Source of the DNA: Candidatus Aenigmatarchaeota archaeon
GTDB taxonomy: Archaea; Aenigmatarchaeota; Aenigmatarchaeia; CG10238-14; SCSR01
DNA: 64,000 nt
Direction of reading: 5' to 3'
Assembly: GCA_018304615.1 (NCBI GenBank)
Contig: JAGVVV010000010.1
Location: 26,000 to 89,999, forward strand
Shown here: positions 25,146 to 34,766 of the stretch, one piece after another
How positions within the stretch are numbered: the first letter of the stretch is position 1
How the letters are laid out: each line of letters opens with the position of its first letter
Translations under genes and position numbers: made by a program
The notes under the pieces: generated by a model
What the model was told of the DNA's origin: nothing
The model's database searches: none
Seen by the model: only the letters and a program-made list of their open reading frames with translations

Positions 25146-25877
25146 TTGCTAAAAAGAGATGCATCTTTATACCAACAATTCTTAGGAATTGTAGAAAGCA
25201 ATGCCTATGATAAAAGGTCTGAAATTTTACCTAGTGTCGAAAAGGCAGCTGGATTATTTAATGGCCCTCTTATTCGTGCTAGGCACATGCGTCAAGACGG
25301 AATGGCTTTGAAAATAGATGCAGAGTTATCTGACTATATGCATCATGTTGCAACAAGGTCAAATGAAAATGTCGATCAAAGAGCAAATCCTCTTTATGCA
25401 GCAGCTGTTGTCTTTACTGCCGATGGGCAACTTTTGTTTGGAGTGAGTGGAACATCCACTGAAGCTATATATACTGGGCGAAGAAATATTCCAGCAGGTC
25501 TTGTTCATCCTGTATTAGATGCTGTTGATGGTAAGCCTTATGTTGCGATGTCTCTTCAAAGAGAACTTTTAGAAGAAGCAGGCCTAGTTTTTGAAAACTT
25601 CGAAAAACTACACCCGTTTTTTGTAGTGAGAGAAGACGAAATGCGCCATCCTAGTGTTATTTATGAAGGTCGCCTCTCTATAGACGAAGAGAGAACTTTG
25701 AGACGATTCGAAGCACAGAAACAAAGAGATTTATTTTTGGGTGAAAGGCCAGAATTCGATCAGTTAGTATTTGTCAAATTCGATAGAAACAGCTTACAAA
25801 ATGAAATAGAAAACAATAGAAGTTTGTATCATAATAGGGTTCTGATTATTCTTAAACATCTTTTGTCATCGCTTTAA
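25146..25877 (+). CDS. Nudix-fold protein (non-canonical Nudix box). Possibly a 5'-disrupted gene.
   Basis: 243 aa from TTG 25146. 'SLQRELLEEAGL' matches the REUxEExGU part of the Nudix box. The same frame is open back to 25080, and a 25-codon ATG-initiated ORF (25002-25076) precedes a single in-frame TAA (25077-25079). Confidence 0.55.
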   Translation: MLKRDASLYQQFLGIVESNAYDKRSEILPSVEKAAGLFNGPLIRARHMRQDGMALKIDAELSDYMHHVATRSNENVDQRANPLYAAAVVFTADGQLLFGVSGTSTEAIYTGRRNIPAGLVHPVLDAVDGKPYVAMSLQRELLEEAGLVFENFEKLHPFFVVREDEMRHPSVIYEGRLSIDEERTLRRFEAQKQRDLFLGERPEFDQLVFVKFDRNSLQNEIENNRSLYHNRVLIILKHLLSSL

Positions 25878-26662
25878 TTCCTTGAAGCATAGATAATTCC
25901 CATGCCAATTTTCGAAGGTTTAGTAGCTTCTACTTTGAAACCATTTTCACCCAAGAATTTTATCATGTCTTTGTAATTTCTTCCTTTTATTCTATGGTAT
26001 TCCATTCCGATTCTTTTTATTTTTGCCAGCATATTCTTCGTTATTTTAAAAAGAATGTCATACTCAGCCCCTTCACAATCCAACTTCAGGAAATCGCACT
26101 TTTCTATTCTTTTTCCTCTTAAAATATCTGTCAAAGTTGTGATTCTAACATTCTGTTTAGATTCAAGCTTAGGAGAAGGGAAAATACTATGCCCTCCAAC
26201 ATTTTCCTTCGAAATGAAGAGAGAAGTCAAGCCACTTTTTCCTCCTACAGCCAAATTAAATGGATGTATTTTTTCCTTACCATGATTCAATGAAATATTT
26301 TTATTCAATAATTTGAAATTCTCTTTCTCAGGTTCATAGCTGTAAACAACGGCTCCCTTTGAGGCAGCATAAATCGAAAATGCTCCGATGTTCGCCCCTA
26401 TATCAATTACAGTGAACCCGTTCTGTATTGGAGAAAATTTGTCATACGATTTTCTGGCAAAAATATCATTGATTATCGAGTGGTCTGTTGTAGCCTTCCT
26501 GAATATCAATCTGATTCCATCTCTCGTCTGGCATTCAGCCATTCCAGTTCCTAGAAAGCCATATCTCGCCAAAAGCATTTCATACCAATTCTCATAAATG
26601 AGAATCATTTTGATTAAGGTTTTTACTTTATCGAGAATCATACAAAAGAATTTGATTCCCAA
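25874..26662 (-). CDS. FkbM-family SAM-dependent methyltransferase
   Basis: 262 aa. 'FTVIDIGANIGAFSIYAA', 'CDFLKLDCEGAEYDIL'. Confidence 0.8.
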   Translation of the reverse strand: MGIKFFCMILDKVKTLIKMILIYENWYEMLLARYGFLGTGMAECQTRDGIRLIFRKATTDHSIINDIFARKSYDKFSPIQNGFTVIDIGANIGAFSIYAASKGAVVYSYEPEKENFKLLNKNISLNHGKEKIHPFNLAVGGKSGLTSLFISKENVGGHSIFPSPKLESKQNVRITTLTDILRGKRIEKCDFLKLDCEGAEYDILFKITKNMLAKIKRIGMEYHRIKGRNYKDMIKFLGENGFKVEATKPSKIGMGIIYASRN

Positions 26663-26711
26663 TTATAAGTATTATTTTTAATCTATATTCTTCCATCAAT
26701 TAATTATCTTT

Positions 26712-27158
26712 ATGAAAATCTGCATAGCATGCAGCGCCGGTGGGCATCTGATGGAAGCTTTGCAACTGATGCCAGCATTGCAAAAGAATGAAATCTTCTT
26801 CATCACAGTCGATAGGTCTCAGTCAAGAGCAGTTCTGAAAGGGAAAAAATCTTACTTCATCGAAGACACAGAAAGGAAACCAGTAAAACTTTTCAAGAAC
26901 TTCACTCATGTCTTGTCAATCATTTCAAAAGAAAAACCAGATGTCATAATTTCAACAGGGGCTGCAGCAGCCATCCCAGCTCTTTATGCCGGAAAACTCA
27001 TCGGTTCGAAGATAATCTTCATAGAATCAATGGCTGCGATAGGCAAACCTTCATCGTCAGGAAAAGTCGCCTACCATATTTCAGATCTCTTCATAGTCCA
27101 ATGGAAATCCATGCTAAGATACTACAAAAAAGGAGTCTACGGTGAGCAGTTGATATGA
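26712..27158 (+). CDS. Alg14-like / PssD-Cps14F-like glycosyltransferase accessory subunit
   Basis: 148 aa. 'MKICIACSAGGHLMEALQL', 'PDVIISTGAAAAIPALYAGKLIGSKIIFIES'. Confidence 0.8.
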   Translation: MKICIACSAGGHLMEALQLMPALQKNEIFFITVDRSQSRAVLKGKKSYFIEDTERKPVKLFKNFTHVLSIISKEKPDVIISTGAAAAIPALYAGKLIGSKIIFIESMAAIGKPSSSGKVAYHISDLFIVQWKSMLRYYKKGVYGEQLI

Positions 27159-27634
27159 TCTTTCTGACAGTCGGCACTCATTCACAACAATTCAACAGGT
27201 TGCTAAGAAAAATCGACGAATTGATAGAAAACAAGGCCATAAAGGCTAAGGTGGTCGCCCAGATAGGAAATTCAGATTACAGACCTAAAAATTACACCTG
27301 GTACAAATTTGTTGGCGAAAGAAAGATGCAAAATCTTTACAAGAATTCAAGGCTTGTGATAATGCATGCAGGCGTAGGGAGCATAATTACGTCGCTTGGG
27401 TATAAAAAACCCACAATAGTCGTCCCACGCCTTGAGAAGTTTGGCGAGCACATCAACGATCACCAACTTCAAATAGCTAAAGTATTCGAGCACCAGCATA
27501 AAGTTCTTGCCTGCTACGACATAAACGATCTGTCCATTGCCATCAAAAAAGGATTCAAGTTCAAACCAAAAACATCAAAGAAACAGCCAAAGATGATAAA
27601 GATAATACAAAGGTTTCTTCTCGACTTGCAATGA
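27155..27634 (+). CDS. Alg13-like / PssE-Cps14G-like GT28 C-terminal-domain glycosyltransferase catalytic subunit
   Basis: 159 aa. 'MIFLTVGTHSQQFNRLL', 'VIMHAGVGSIITSLGYKKPTIVVPR', 'HINDHQLQIA'. 4-nt overlap with the Alg14-like gene. Confidence 0.8.
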   Translation: MIFLTVGTHSQQFNRLLRKIDELIENKAIKAKVVAQIGNSDYRPKNYTWYKFVGERKMQNLYKNSRLVIMHAGVGSIITSLGYKKPTIVVPRLEKFGEHINDHQLQIAKVFEHQHKVLACYDINDLSIAIKKGFKFKPKTSKKQPKMIKIIQRFLLDLQ

Positions 27635-27670
27635 CTACCTTTTATAACCTTTTCTTCTTGTAATAAGATT

Positions 27671-28792
27671 ATGAAAATTTTGCAGGTCGGCAAGTTCTTC
27701 CACCCAATCGAGGGCGGCATAGAAGACTATTATTACGAGCTTTCAAAGGAGCTTGTCAAAAGAGGAAACATCGTCTCTGCATTTGTCAGCAACACAGGAA
27801 AAAACGATTCGCATGAAACTGTAGATGGAATCCATGTTTACAGATTCGGCATTACCAGCAAAATTTTCAATGCTCCAATTTCACGCCCATATTTCCATTT
27901 GATACGCAGAATTAATCCTGACATAATCCATTTGCATTGCCCAAACCCATTAGCAGAAATCAACATCTTATTGTACAAACTACTAGGAGGTAAAGCCAAG
28001 GTAATCGTCACCTATCACTCAGACGTCATCCCTTACACGATAATTTTGAGAACCTTAAACTTCATACGTTCTCTTTACCTGCTCCCCCTTTTGAAACTTT
28101 TCTCTTCGAAAGTAATCGCCACATCAAAAAACTATATATCCAAATCCGCAATCCTGCAGCTCGTGGAAGATAACGTTTCTGTGGTTCCACTCTTCGTGGA
28201 TACTGATATCTTCAAACCAAGGACTAAAAGGAAATCTAGAAAAACCACCCTCCTTTTTGCAGGAAGGCTCGTTCCATATAAGGGATTGCAGTATTTGCTC
28301 GATGCCATCAAAAAAGTCTCTCGGAGAAGGCCTGATATTTTTCTATGCATAGCAGGAGATGGGATTCTCAGAAAAGAACTCGTTGCCTTGGCAAAAAATC
28401 TTGGAATCTCCAATTCTGTGAAATTCTTAGGAAAAGTCCCAACCAAAAGATTATTAGATCTTTATGACAAATGCGACATCTTCATCCTTCCTTCAATTTT
28501 CAGATCCGAAGCCTTCGGCCTCGCGCAACTTCAGGCAATGTCCTTTGGGAAGCCAGTGATATCAACTGACATTCCTGGGAGCGGTGTCCCTTTTGTTAAC
28601 AAGAACGGAGAAACTGGCCTTGTAGTGAAACCAAGAAACTCTCTTGCCCTATCCGAGGTCATTATTTATCTTCTAGACAATCAAAATATTAGAAAAACAT
28701 TCGGAGTTAATGCAAGAAAGAGAGCAACAAAATTTTTCAGCAAGAAAACCATAGTTAACCAGATATTGTCTATATACAAAAATTCAAGGTGA
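27671..28792 (+). CDS. GT4 glycosyltransferase
   Basis: 373 aa. 'KILQVGKFFHPIEGGIE', 'SEAFGLAQLQAMSFGKPVISTDIPGSG'. Confidence 0.85.
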   Translation: MKILQVGKFFHPIEGGIEDYYYELSKELVKRGNIVSAFVSNTGKNDSHETVDGIHVYRFGITSKIFNAPISRPYFHLIRRINPDIIHLHCPNPLAEINILLYKLLGGKAKVIVTYHSDVIPYTIILRTLNFIRSLYLLPLLKLFSSKVIATSKNYISKSAILQLVEDNVSVVPLFVDTDIFKPRTKRKSRKTTLLFAGRLVPYKGLQYLLDAIKKVSRRRPDIFLCIAGDGILRKELVALAKNLGISNSVKFLGKVPTKRLLDLYDKCDIFILPSIFRSEAFGLAQLQAMSFGKPVISTDIPGSGVPFVNKNGETGLVVKPRNSLALSEVIIYLLDNQNIRKTFGVNARKRATKFFSKKTIVNQILSIYKNSR

Positions 28793-28796
28793 TTTA

Positions 28797-30314
28797 ATGG
28801 ATGCAAGAAAAAAAGTATTTTCTAACGTCGCTTACCTTTCCTTTGACTGGGGATTTGTGGCCCTGATATCCCTCGTTTTTTCCTTCGTCCTATGGAAGAC
28901 TCTTTTACCCAACCAATACGGAATTATAGCAACAACAATCAATTTTACCACTATAGTTTCCACATTCTCTCTTCTTGGATTTTCGAGTGCTCTCCCGAAG
29001 TTGATATCAGAATATCTCCAGAAAAAAAACTTCAAAACAGTCAATGAGCTCATCAGATTTTCTATAAAAATAATCCTCGTTGCCGCTATTTTGCTTTCTG
29101 CCTCCATACTTCTTACTCTAGATTTCGTCTCGAATTTTACCAATTTGCCTAAAGATGCCCTATTAATTGGAGCTGTGTCAGTTTTTGTCTTCACAGTCTA
29201 CAGTCTCTTTGCATCTATCCTCTCTGGTTTTCAGAACATGCGTTTGATTTTCGTAACAGATGTCGTCGGCTATTCTGTCAGAATTGTCTTGCTGCTCCTG
29301 TTGATTTTCATCGGCATGCAATACATGGGAGCCTTGATAGCAGTCCTAGTTTCATTCGCAATCATTTCTATCCTGCGGTTTAAAACAAGCTGGCTTCGAG
29401 GAGAGAAGAACCACATTGACAAAAAAACCATCCTATTCGATTATGCGTTCTCAGGTTTCGTCTCCTCCATCGCTCTTCTGGTTTTCTTCAATTCACAAAC
29501 AATCATCCTCTCTGTTTTGAAAAATCTTACAGAGGCTGGACTTTTCGGTACTGCCTTTACAATGGCCGTTCCAATTTATTCAATACCAAACATTCTTTCC
29601 GGTGGTCTTTTTCCCGTCACCTCCCAACTGTCAGCTAACAAAAAGGGAGGAAAGCAACAGAGCCAGCTGGTAAACTTGGTTTTGAAGTATTCACTTTTCA
29701 TAGTCGTTCCATTGATTGTTATTCTAGTCTTCTTTTCCAAACCGATAATCCTTCTTTTCTCTAGACCAGAGTACCTTGGCGCTTCCCAGCTTCTTCCGAT
29801 TGTCGCATTAGCTTCATTGGCAAACGGTATAGGCTCACTTTTCCTAAGCTCCCTGTACGCAATCAAAAGGCCAATCTTGTACAGGAACATAATAATTTTC
29901 AGTTCTCTAGTCTTCATCCTATTGGCGATAACCATGACAATACTCTGGTCATCTTACGGATTGTCCGTAGCTTACCTTGCATCGACTCTGCTGATGGCTG
30001 GCATCACTTTCATTTTTCTGAAAAAACATCTGTCAATGAAATTTCCATTTTCAGACATTGGAAAAATTATCCTTGCCTCTATTGCATTGTATGTAACTCT
30101 TTTTTTGATTGATTTCCTTTCGGTATCTACCACATTTAAATTAATTCTGGCTTCCATAGGCGGGCTGATTTATTTAATCTCGTTAATTCCTCTGAGATTC
30201 TATGGAGAGAACGAAGTCCAAATTCTGAAATACGCGTCTGACAAAATGCCAAGGATGAAGAAGTATTTCAACTTTATAATCAGGATTATTTCAAACAAAG
30301 TTCCCCAGGATTAA
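28797..30314 (+). CDS. Wzx/MOP-family oligosaccharide flippase (polysaccharide biosynthesis protein)
   Basis: 505 aa, about 12-14 hydrophobic spans, position within the glycan cluster. Confidence 0.75.
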   Translation: MDARKKVFSNVAYLSFDWGFVALISLVFSFVLWKTLLPNQYGIIATTINFTTIVSTFSLLGFSSALPKLISEYLQKKNFKTVNELIRFSIKIILVAAILLSASILLTLDFVSNFTNLPKDALLIGAVSVFVFTVYSLFASILSGFQNMRLIFVTDVVGYSVRIVLLLLLIFIGMQYMGALIAVLVSFAIISILRFKTSWLRGEKNHIDKKTILFDYAFSGFVSSIALLVFFNSQTIILSVLKNLTEAGLFGTAFTMAVPIYSIPNILSGGLFPVTSQLSANKKGGKQQSQLVNLVLKYSLFIVVPLIVILVFFSKPIILLFSRPEYLGASQLLPIVALASLANGIGSLFLSSLYAIKRPILYRNIIIFSSLVFILLAITMTILWSSYGLSVAYLASTLLMAGITFIFLKKHLSMKFPFSDIGKIILASIALYVTLFLIDFLSVSTTFKLILASIGGLIYLISLIPLRFYGENEVQILKYASDKMPRMKKYFNFIIRIISNKVPQD

Positions 30315-31316
30315 AACAAACATCAATCCCGAGGCAACAATCTGGACAAGCATCATGACCATCGTCACACTTTCTTCTTTCATCGGCCTTATGTTAAGAA
30401 GAAGGTGAGTCCAAGAATAGATTTTCTTTCCGTATGGCGGATCTAATTTCCCATCAGATCTCAATTTACCAAAACATTCGGCCTTGAATTTCGATCTCGC
30501 TTTCAAGAAGAATTCAATCACAAATGGAATCAGCACCAGTGCCGCAGCCTTTTCAAAGTTTCCGATTATCGCTGAGACTATTAAAACTATACCAATCATG
30601 TGGGTGAGAGAATCTCCAGGCCATATTTTCGCCGGATACCAGTTGAATGATAAAAATGCAAACAGGCTTGCTGCAAAAGAGAGGAGCAAAGTAGCTACCA
30701 GATAGTTCCCACGCAAGAGCGCGAATATACCCAAGGAAATCGCCCCGATAGTTCCCATCCCTGCCTCCAAACCGTTAAACCCACCAAGTAAATTGACCGA
30801 TTCGGAAGCGAAGACTACCATAAGAGGAACAGCAACCAATGGGTAGAGTATTCCGAAATTCACTGGTCCGAAAAGAGGGATGTTTACAATCGTCGATCCA
30901 GCACTTACGGCCATTAAAGGCAGTGCTGCTGGTAATATCAAAAGTGGCCTCACCCACTGCTTGAATCCTATCCTCTTGAATTTTTTAACTCTATCCTTTA
31001 TCAAAACAGTTAGGTCGTCAAATATTCCAATCAAAAGCACTATAGTTATCGAGAACAGGGCAGCAAAAACACTAACTAACAAATTAGGACTAACATGTAT
31101 TGAAAAAACATAGAATCCTATCGTCAAGAACATGGCCGCGATTATTCCTATGAATACAGGCGGTCCTCCCATCTCCGGTATGTAAACGTCTTTCTTGTGC
31201 GCGTCCTTACCAAAAACATTAATGTTTCGTAGGAATCTGATGAATATCCTTGTAGAAAAATGGGTAATGAGAAACGCCAGGACAACAGAAACAATCAATA
31301 CCAATATTTCTATCAT
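30291..31316 (-). CDS. UDP-GlcNAc:dolichyl-phosphate GlcNAc-1-phosphate transferase-like (AglH/Alg7/MraY superfamily)
   Basis: 'KDVYIPEMGGPPVFIG', 'IGIFDDLT', 'NLLGGFNGLEAGMG', polytopic. Start set at ATG 31316 ('MIEILVL'). The ORF-track extension to 31493 overlaps the divergent gene and lacks similarity. Confidence 0.8.
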   Translation of the reverse strand: MIEILVLIVSVVLAFLITHFSTRIFIRFLRNINVFGKDAHKKDVYIPEMGGPPVFIGIIAAMFLTIGFYVFSIHVSPNLLVSVFAALFSITIVLLIGIFDDLTVLIKDRVKKFKRIGFKQWVRPLLILPAALPLMAVSAGSTIVNIPLFGPVNFGILYPLVAVPLMVVFASESVNLLGGFNGLEAGMGTIGAISLGIFALLRGNYLVATLLLSFAASLFAFLSFNWYPAKIWPGDSLTHMIGIVLIVSAIIGNFEKAAALVLIPFVIEFFLKARSKFKAECFGKLRSDGKLDPPYGKKIYSWTHLLLNIRPMKEESVTMVMMLVQIVASGLMFVLILGNFV

Positions 31317-31386
31317 AAACAATAATTGAAGCCTCGAGCTTAATAGATTTATTTTTAATATTGGTATCAATTGGTAGAGTGGTATT

Positions 31387-32265
31387 GTGAAGAAACTATT
31401 GGTATCGGGAGCGTCAGGATTCATAGGCAGTAACCTCTCCCGCCTGCTGAAAGACAAATATAATGTGATTGGTTTAGTGAGAGACGCAAGCAAAATTGAA
31501 AATGAAATAGGTTCTTTTCAAATAGATTTGACAAAACAGATTGAAAATTTACCGAATGCAGATTATTTAGTCCATCTCGCAGCGCTCATAAGGCTGGAAC
31601 CTCCTCAAACTGACGAAGATCTTTACAAGGTAAATGCAATCGGAACTTTCAACTTGTTGTCTGCAGCAAAAAAATCTGGAATAGACAAAATCATCTACAT
31701 ATCAACAGTCGGTATTTACGGGAACAGAGAGTTCAATTCAAAAGAAGAAGACAAACCAAATCCCAGCAACACATACAGCTCTACCAAACTCATCGGAGAG
31801 GAGATCTGCAAGATTTTCGCTGAAAATTTTAATTTCAAGGTCATAGTTCTAAGGTTTAGCGGTGTTTATGGGGGAGGTAGAACTAGAGGAGTAATCTACA
31901 ACTCGCTCTCGCAGGCAATGAAAAACGAGGACATAGTAATCGAAAACACTGAGAACAGCACTTGGGATCCCGTCTATGTAAAGGATGTCGTTAAATCCAT
32001 ATCAAAATCCCTAGATTATCTAGATGAAATGGATGGTAATTTCATGATTTTCAACATAGGTCTTGGGCACCCAATCACCATAAAAAAAATAACCGATGAA
32101 ATCGTTTCTATCACCAATTCGAAATCCAAAGTCAGTTTTCTTGGCAGAGCTCCAGACGAACATTTTTCGATGGACATAACCAGAGCAAGGGCACTTTTGG
32201 AATTTGAACCAATGTCGATTGAGGAATCATTGAGAGATTTTTACGAGGAGCTGAAGCATGACTGA
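31387..32265 (+). CDS. NAD-dependent sugar-nucleotide epimerase/dehydratase (extended SDR)
   Basis: 292 aa, GTG start. 'LVSGASGFIGSNL', catalytic 'YSSTKLIGE'. Confidence 0.85.
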   Translation: MKKLLVSGASGFIGSNLSRLLKDKYNVIGLVRDASKIENEIGSFQIDLTKQIENLPNADYLVHLAALIRLEPPQTDEDLYKVNAIGTFNLLSAAKKSGIDKIIYISTVGIYGNREFNSKEEDKPNPSNTYSSTKLIGEEICKIFAENFNFKVIVLRFSGVYGGGRTRGVIYNSLSQAMKNEDIVIENTENSTWDPVYVKDVVKSISKSLDYLDEMDGNFMIFNIGLGHPITIKKITDEIVSITNSKSKVSFLGRAPDEHFSMDITRARALLEFEPMSIEESLRDFYEELKHD

Positions 32266-32938
32266 AGTAATAGTTTCCATTCACCAGCCAAATTACTTGC
32301 CATATTTAGGATTTTTTGACAAGATAAAACAGTCTGACGTCTTTGTGCTTCTCGATAACGTCCAGTTTCTAAGAGCTGATACAAAACATGGATTTTATCA
32401 CAGGAACAGGATAAGGACACCTCAAGGTTGGATGTGGTTGACTCTTCCTATAAAACGAGAGTTTAAAGTTAACATACACCAAGCAAAACTTGCCGACGAC
32501 AAATGGAAGGAAAAACATTGGAAGGCAATTAAATTCAATTATGAGAATTCTCCTTTCTGGTCAAAATACTCGCCTTTTCTTCAAGACTATTATCAAAAAG
32601 AACATAAGATTCTCAGTCAGGCAACAATACCTGTGATAAAGTGGATGGCTGAGCAACTAGGAATAAAGTGTAAAATACTAATCGCCTCTGAAATGGACCT
32701 GGATGAATCTTTACACGCTACTGATCGTTTGATAGAGATTATTAAAAAACTCGGTGGGACTACATACATAGCAGGGAAACTAGGAAAAGATTACATGGAA
32801 GTAGACAAATTCCCACAGAATGGAATAAAATTGGTCTTTCAGGATTACAAACATCCGGAATATAAACAAAATTTCTCTGGCTTCGTTCCATATTTATCTG
32901 CAATTGATTATCTATTTAACACTGGTGGGACTCTGTGA
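32258..32938 (+). CDS. WbqC-like family protein
   Basis: 226 aa. 'VSIHQPNYLPYLGFFDKI' and 'DYKHPEYKQ' are typical of the WbqC-like family found next to DegT aminotransferases. Confidence 0.7.
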   Translation: MTEVIVSIHQPNYLPYLGFFDKIKQSDVFVLLDNVQFLRADTKHGFYHRNRIRTPQGWMWLTLPIKREFKVNIHQAKLADDKWKEKHWKAIKFNYENSPFWSKYSPFLQDYYQKEHKILSQATIPVIKWMAEQLGIKCKILIASEMDLDESLHATDRLIEIIKKLGGTTYIAGKLGKDYMEVDKFPQNGIKLVFQDYKHPEYKQNFSGFVPYLSAIDYLFNTGGTL

Positions 32939-34041
32939 AAATACCTGGTGCAAGACCTTCCTTCAGCAAAGAAGACATAAATGAGATAGTCTCTCAAGTA
33001 ACAAAATCACTTGAAAGCGGGATACTCTCTTCAAGTACAAACGTGAAGGAGTTCGAAAAGCAATTCTCCAATTATGTCGGGCAAAAATATCCAATCGCTA
33101 CAAATTCTGGGACTTCAGCACTAGAGGCTTCTGTCAGAGCTCTTGACATCAAGAACAGTGAAATAATCGTTCCGACAAACACCTTCATAGCTTCTCCTAA
33201 CTCTATAATCAACTCCGGAAACATACCAGTTTTCGCGGACATGGAAGAGGACAGTTTTGCGATTAATCTTGGCAGTGTGAGGGAAAAAATAACGAAAAAC
33301 ACAAAAGCGGTGATGGTCGTACACATAGCAGGGCTTGTCCACCCTAAGATTGAAGAATTGAAGGAATTTTGCAAGGAGAAAGGACTGTATTTGATTGAAG
33401 ATTGCTCACATGTAGAAGGTGCAGAGTTGGGCAATAAAAAGGCTGGAACATTTGGAGACGTCAGCTGTTTTTCTTTCTATGCGACAAAGGTCATGACTTC
33501 AGGTGAAGGAGGAATTGTCCTTACCAACAATGAAGAAATCTACAACCGAGGTAGGATGTTCATCTCCCATGGAAGAAACTTTCAAAGCGATCAAGAGGAG
33601 TACATAGAAGTCGGTACTAACTTGAGGATGTCAGAACTCAATGCCATAGTCGGACTACAGCAGCTCAAACACCTCGAGGAATTCATCAAAAAAAGAAATG
33701 AGATAGTGAAAACTCTGAAAGAAAAACTCCAAGGCCTCCTTACATTCCAGGTTCATCCATCAAATGCAAAGCATTCTTACTACAAACTTCTAGGCGTTCA
33801 TCAAAAAGAAACTTTGGATTTAATAAAAACGATGAGGTCGAAATATGAAATAGAAGTCGCTTCACTTTATTATCCGCCTTGCCACCTACAACCTGTCTAC
33901 AGAAAACTAGGTCATAAAGAAGGCGAATGTCCTGTCGCAGAAAATGTTCTTAAGAGGCTGATAGCACTTCCTATTTTTGTTGACATGACAGAAGAGCAGA
34001 TGGATTTCTTGTCGTCTTCTATAAAAAAAGAACTTGCCTAA
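32935..34041 (+). CDS. DegT/DnrJ/EryC1-family PLP-dependent sugar aminotransferase
   Basis: 368 aa. 'ATNSGTSALEASV', PLP-Lys region 'FSFYATKVMTSGEGGIVLTN'. Confidence 0.9.
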   Translation: MKIPGARPSFSKEDINEIVSQVTKSLESGILSSSTNVKEFEKQFSNYVGQKYPIATNSGTSALEASVRALDIKNSEIIVPTNTFIASPNSIINSGNIPVFADMEEDSFAINLGSVREKITKNTKAVMVVHIAGLVHPKIEELKEFCKEKGLYLIEDCSHVEGAELGNKKAGTFGDVSCFSFYATKVMTSGEGGIVLTNNEEIYNRGRMFISHGRNFQSDQEEYIEVGTNLRMSELNAIVGLQQLKHLEEFIKKRNEIVKTLKEKLQGLLTFQVHPSNAKHSYYKLLGVHQKETLDLIKTMRSKYEIEVASLYYPPCHLQPVYRKLGHKEGECPVAENVLKRLIALPIFVDMTEEQMDFLSSSIKKELA

Positions 34042-34766
34042 ACGAGAATCCTGTGCACTTGGAAAGCTTCTGCGGCCTTTACCCCTACATCTATTCCTCT
34101 CATCTTCGCCAGAGTTCTAACTGCTTCTTCACTTATGTACTGTGGAAATGGCCTTAGCTGTGACTTGTAAAATGACAAAGCCTGACATTTGAAATCAATG
34201 AAATTTTCTATGTTCAAATAAAAATTAGGTTTGAACCCATCGCTACTAGCCCATTGGTTCTGGCCATATTCGTATGAAAGGACAATAGACTGAAAAGGTT
34301 TCAGTTCAGCTGGTCTTGGTCTGCATGCTCTCAGTGCAGCCTGATAGACAACCACATGATCCTGATGTGCGCTAGGAAAAGGAATTGCAACGATGTCTGG
34401 CTTTATTTTGTTCAATGCAAGCTTACTGTCCCGTTCTATTATGTCCATGAGTTTTAGTTGATTTAGAGTATCCAGTTTATTGTTGAATTCAGGCCCTAGG
34501 TTTATTTCGTAATCATCAATATTCATGAACTTCATCGCGTCTGCAGTCTCTTTCAAGAAGCCTTCAAGATTGTAAGTGCTTCCATAAAGAGGAGACACAC
34601 CAGCTGTCATTATCAGGACATAAACTTTCCCGCCTTCCTTCTTGACTTTGCCTATCAGCCCACCGCAACCCAAAACTTCGTCGTCTGGGTGCGGAGCTAC
34701 TACAAGCAACATTTTGTTTTTAAAAATTTCTTCCATATCATCGTCTCGTTTTAATGAATCTTTCAA
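34038..34766 (-). CDS. PIG-L/LmbE-family N-acetylglucosaminyl deacetylase
   Basis: 'VVAPHPDDEVLGCGG', 'HQDH'. Alternative start at ATG 34736 ('MEEIF') would remove the 29-nt overlap with the upstream gene. Confidence 0.85.
   Translation of the reverse strand: MKDSLKRDDDMEEIFKNKMLLVVAPHPDDEVLGCGGLIGKVKKEGGKVYVLIMTAGVSPLYGSTYNLEGFLKETADAMKFMNIDDYEINLGPEFNNKLDTLNQLKLMDIIERDSKLALNKIKPDIVAIPFPSAHQDHVVVYQAALRACRPRPAELKPFQSIVLSYEYGQNQWASSDGFKPNFYLNIENFIDFKCQALSFYKSQLRPFPQYISEEAVRTLAKMRGIDVGVKAAEAFQVHRILV

Noticed and set aside
31317-31493. N-terminal 59-codon extension of the AglH/GPT-like ORF
   Set aside because: The extension overlaps the divergent SDR gene start (31387) and has no similarity to GPT N-termini. 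ATG 31316 ('MIEILVL...') begins directly with the first TM helix, as expected for this family.
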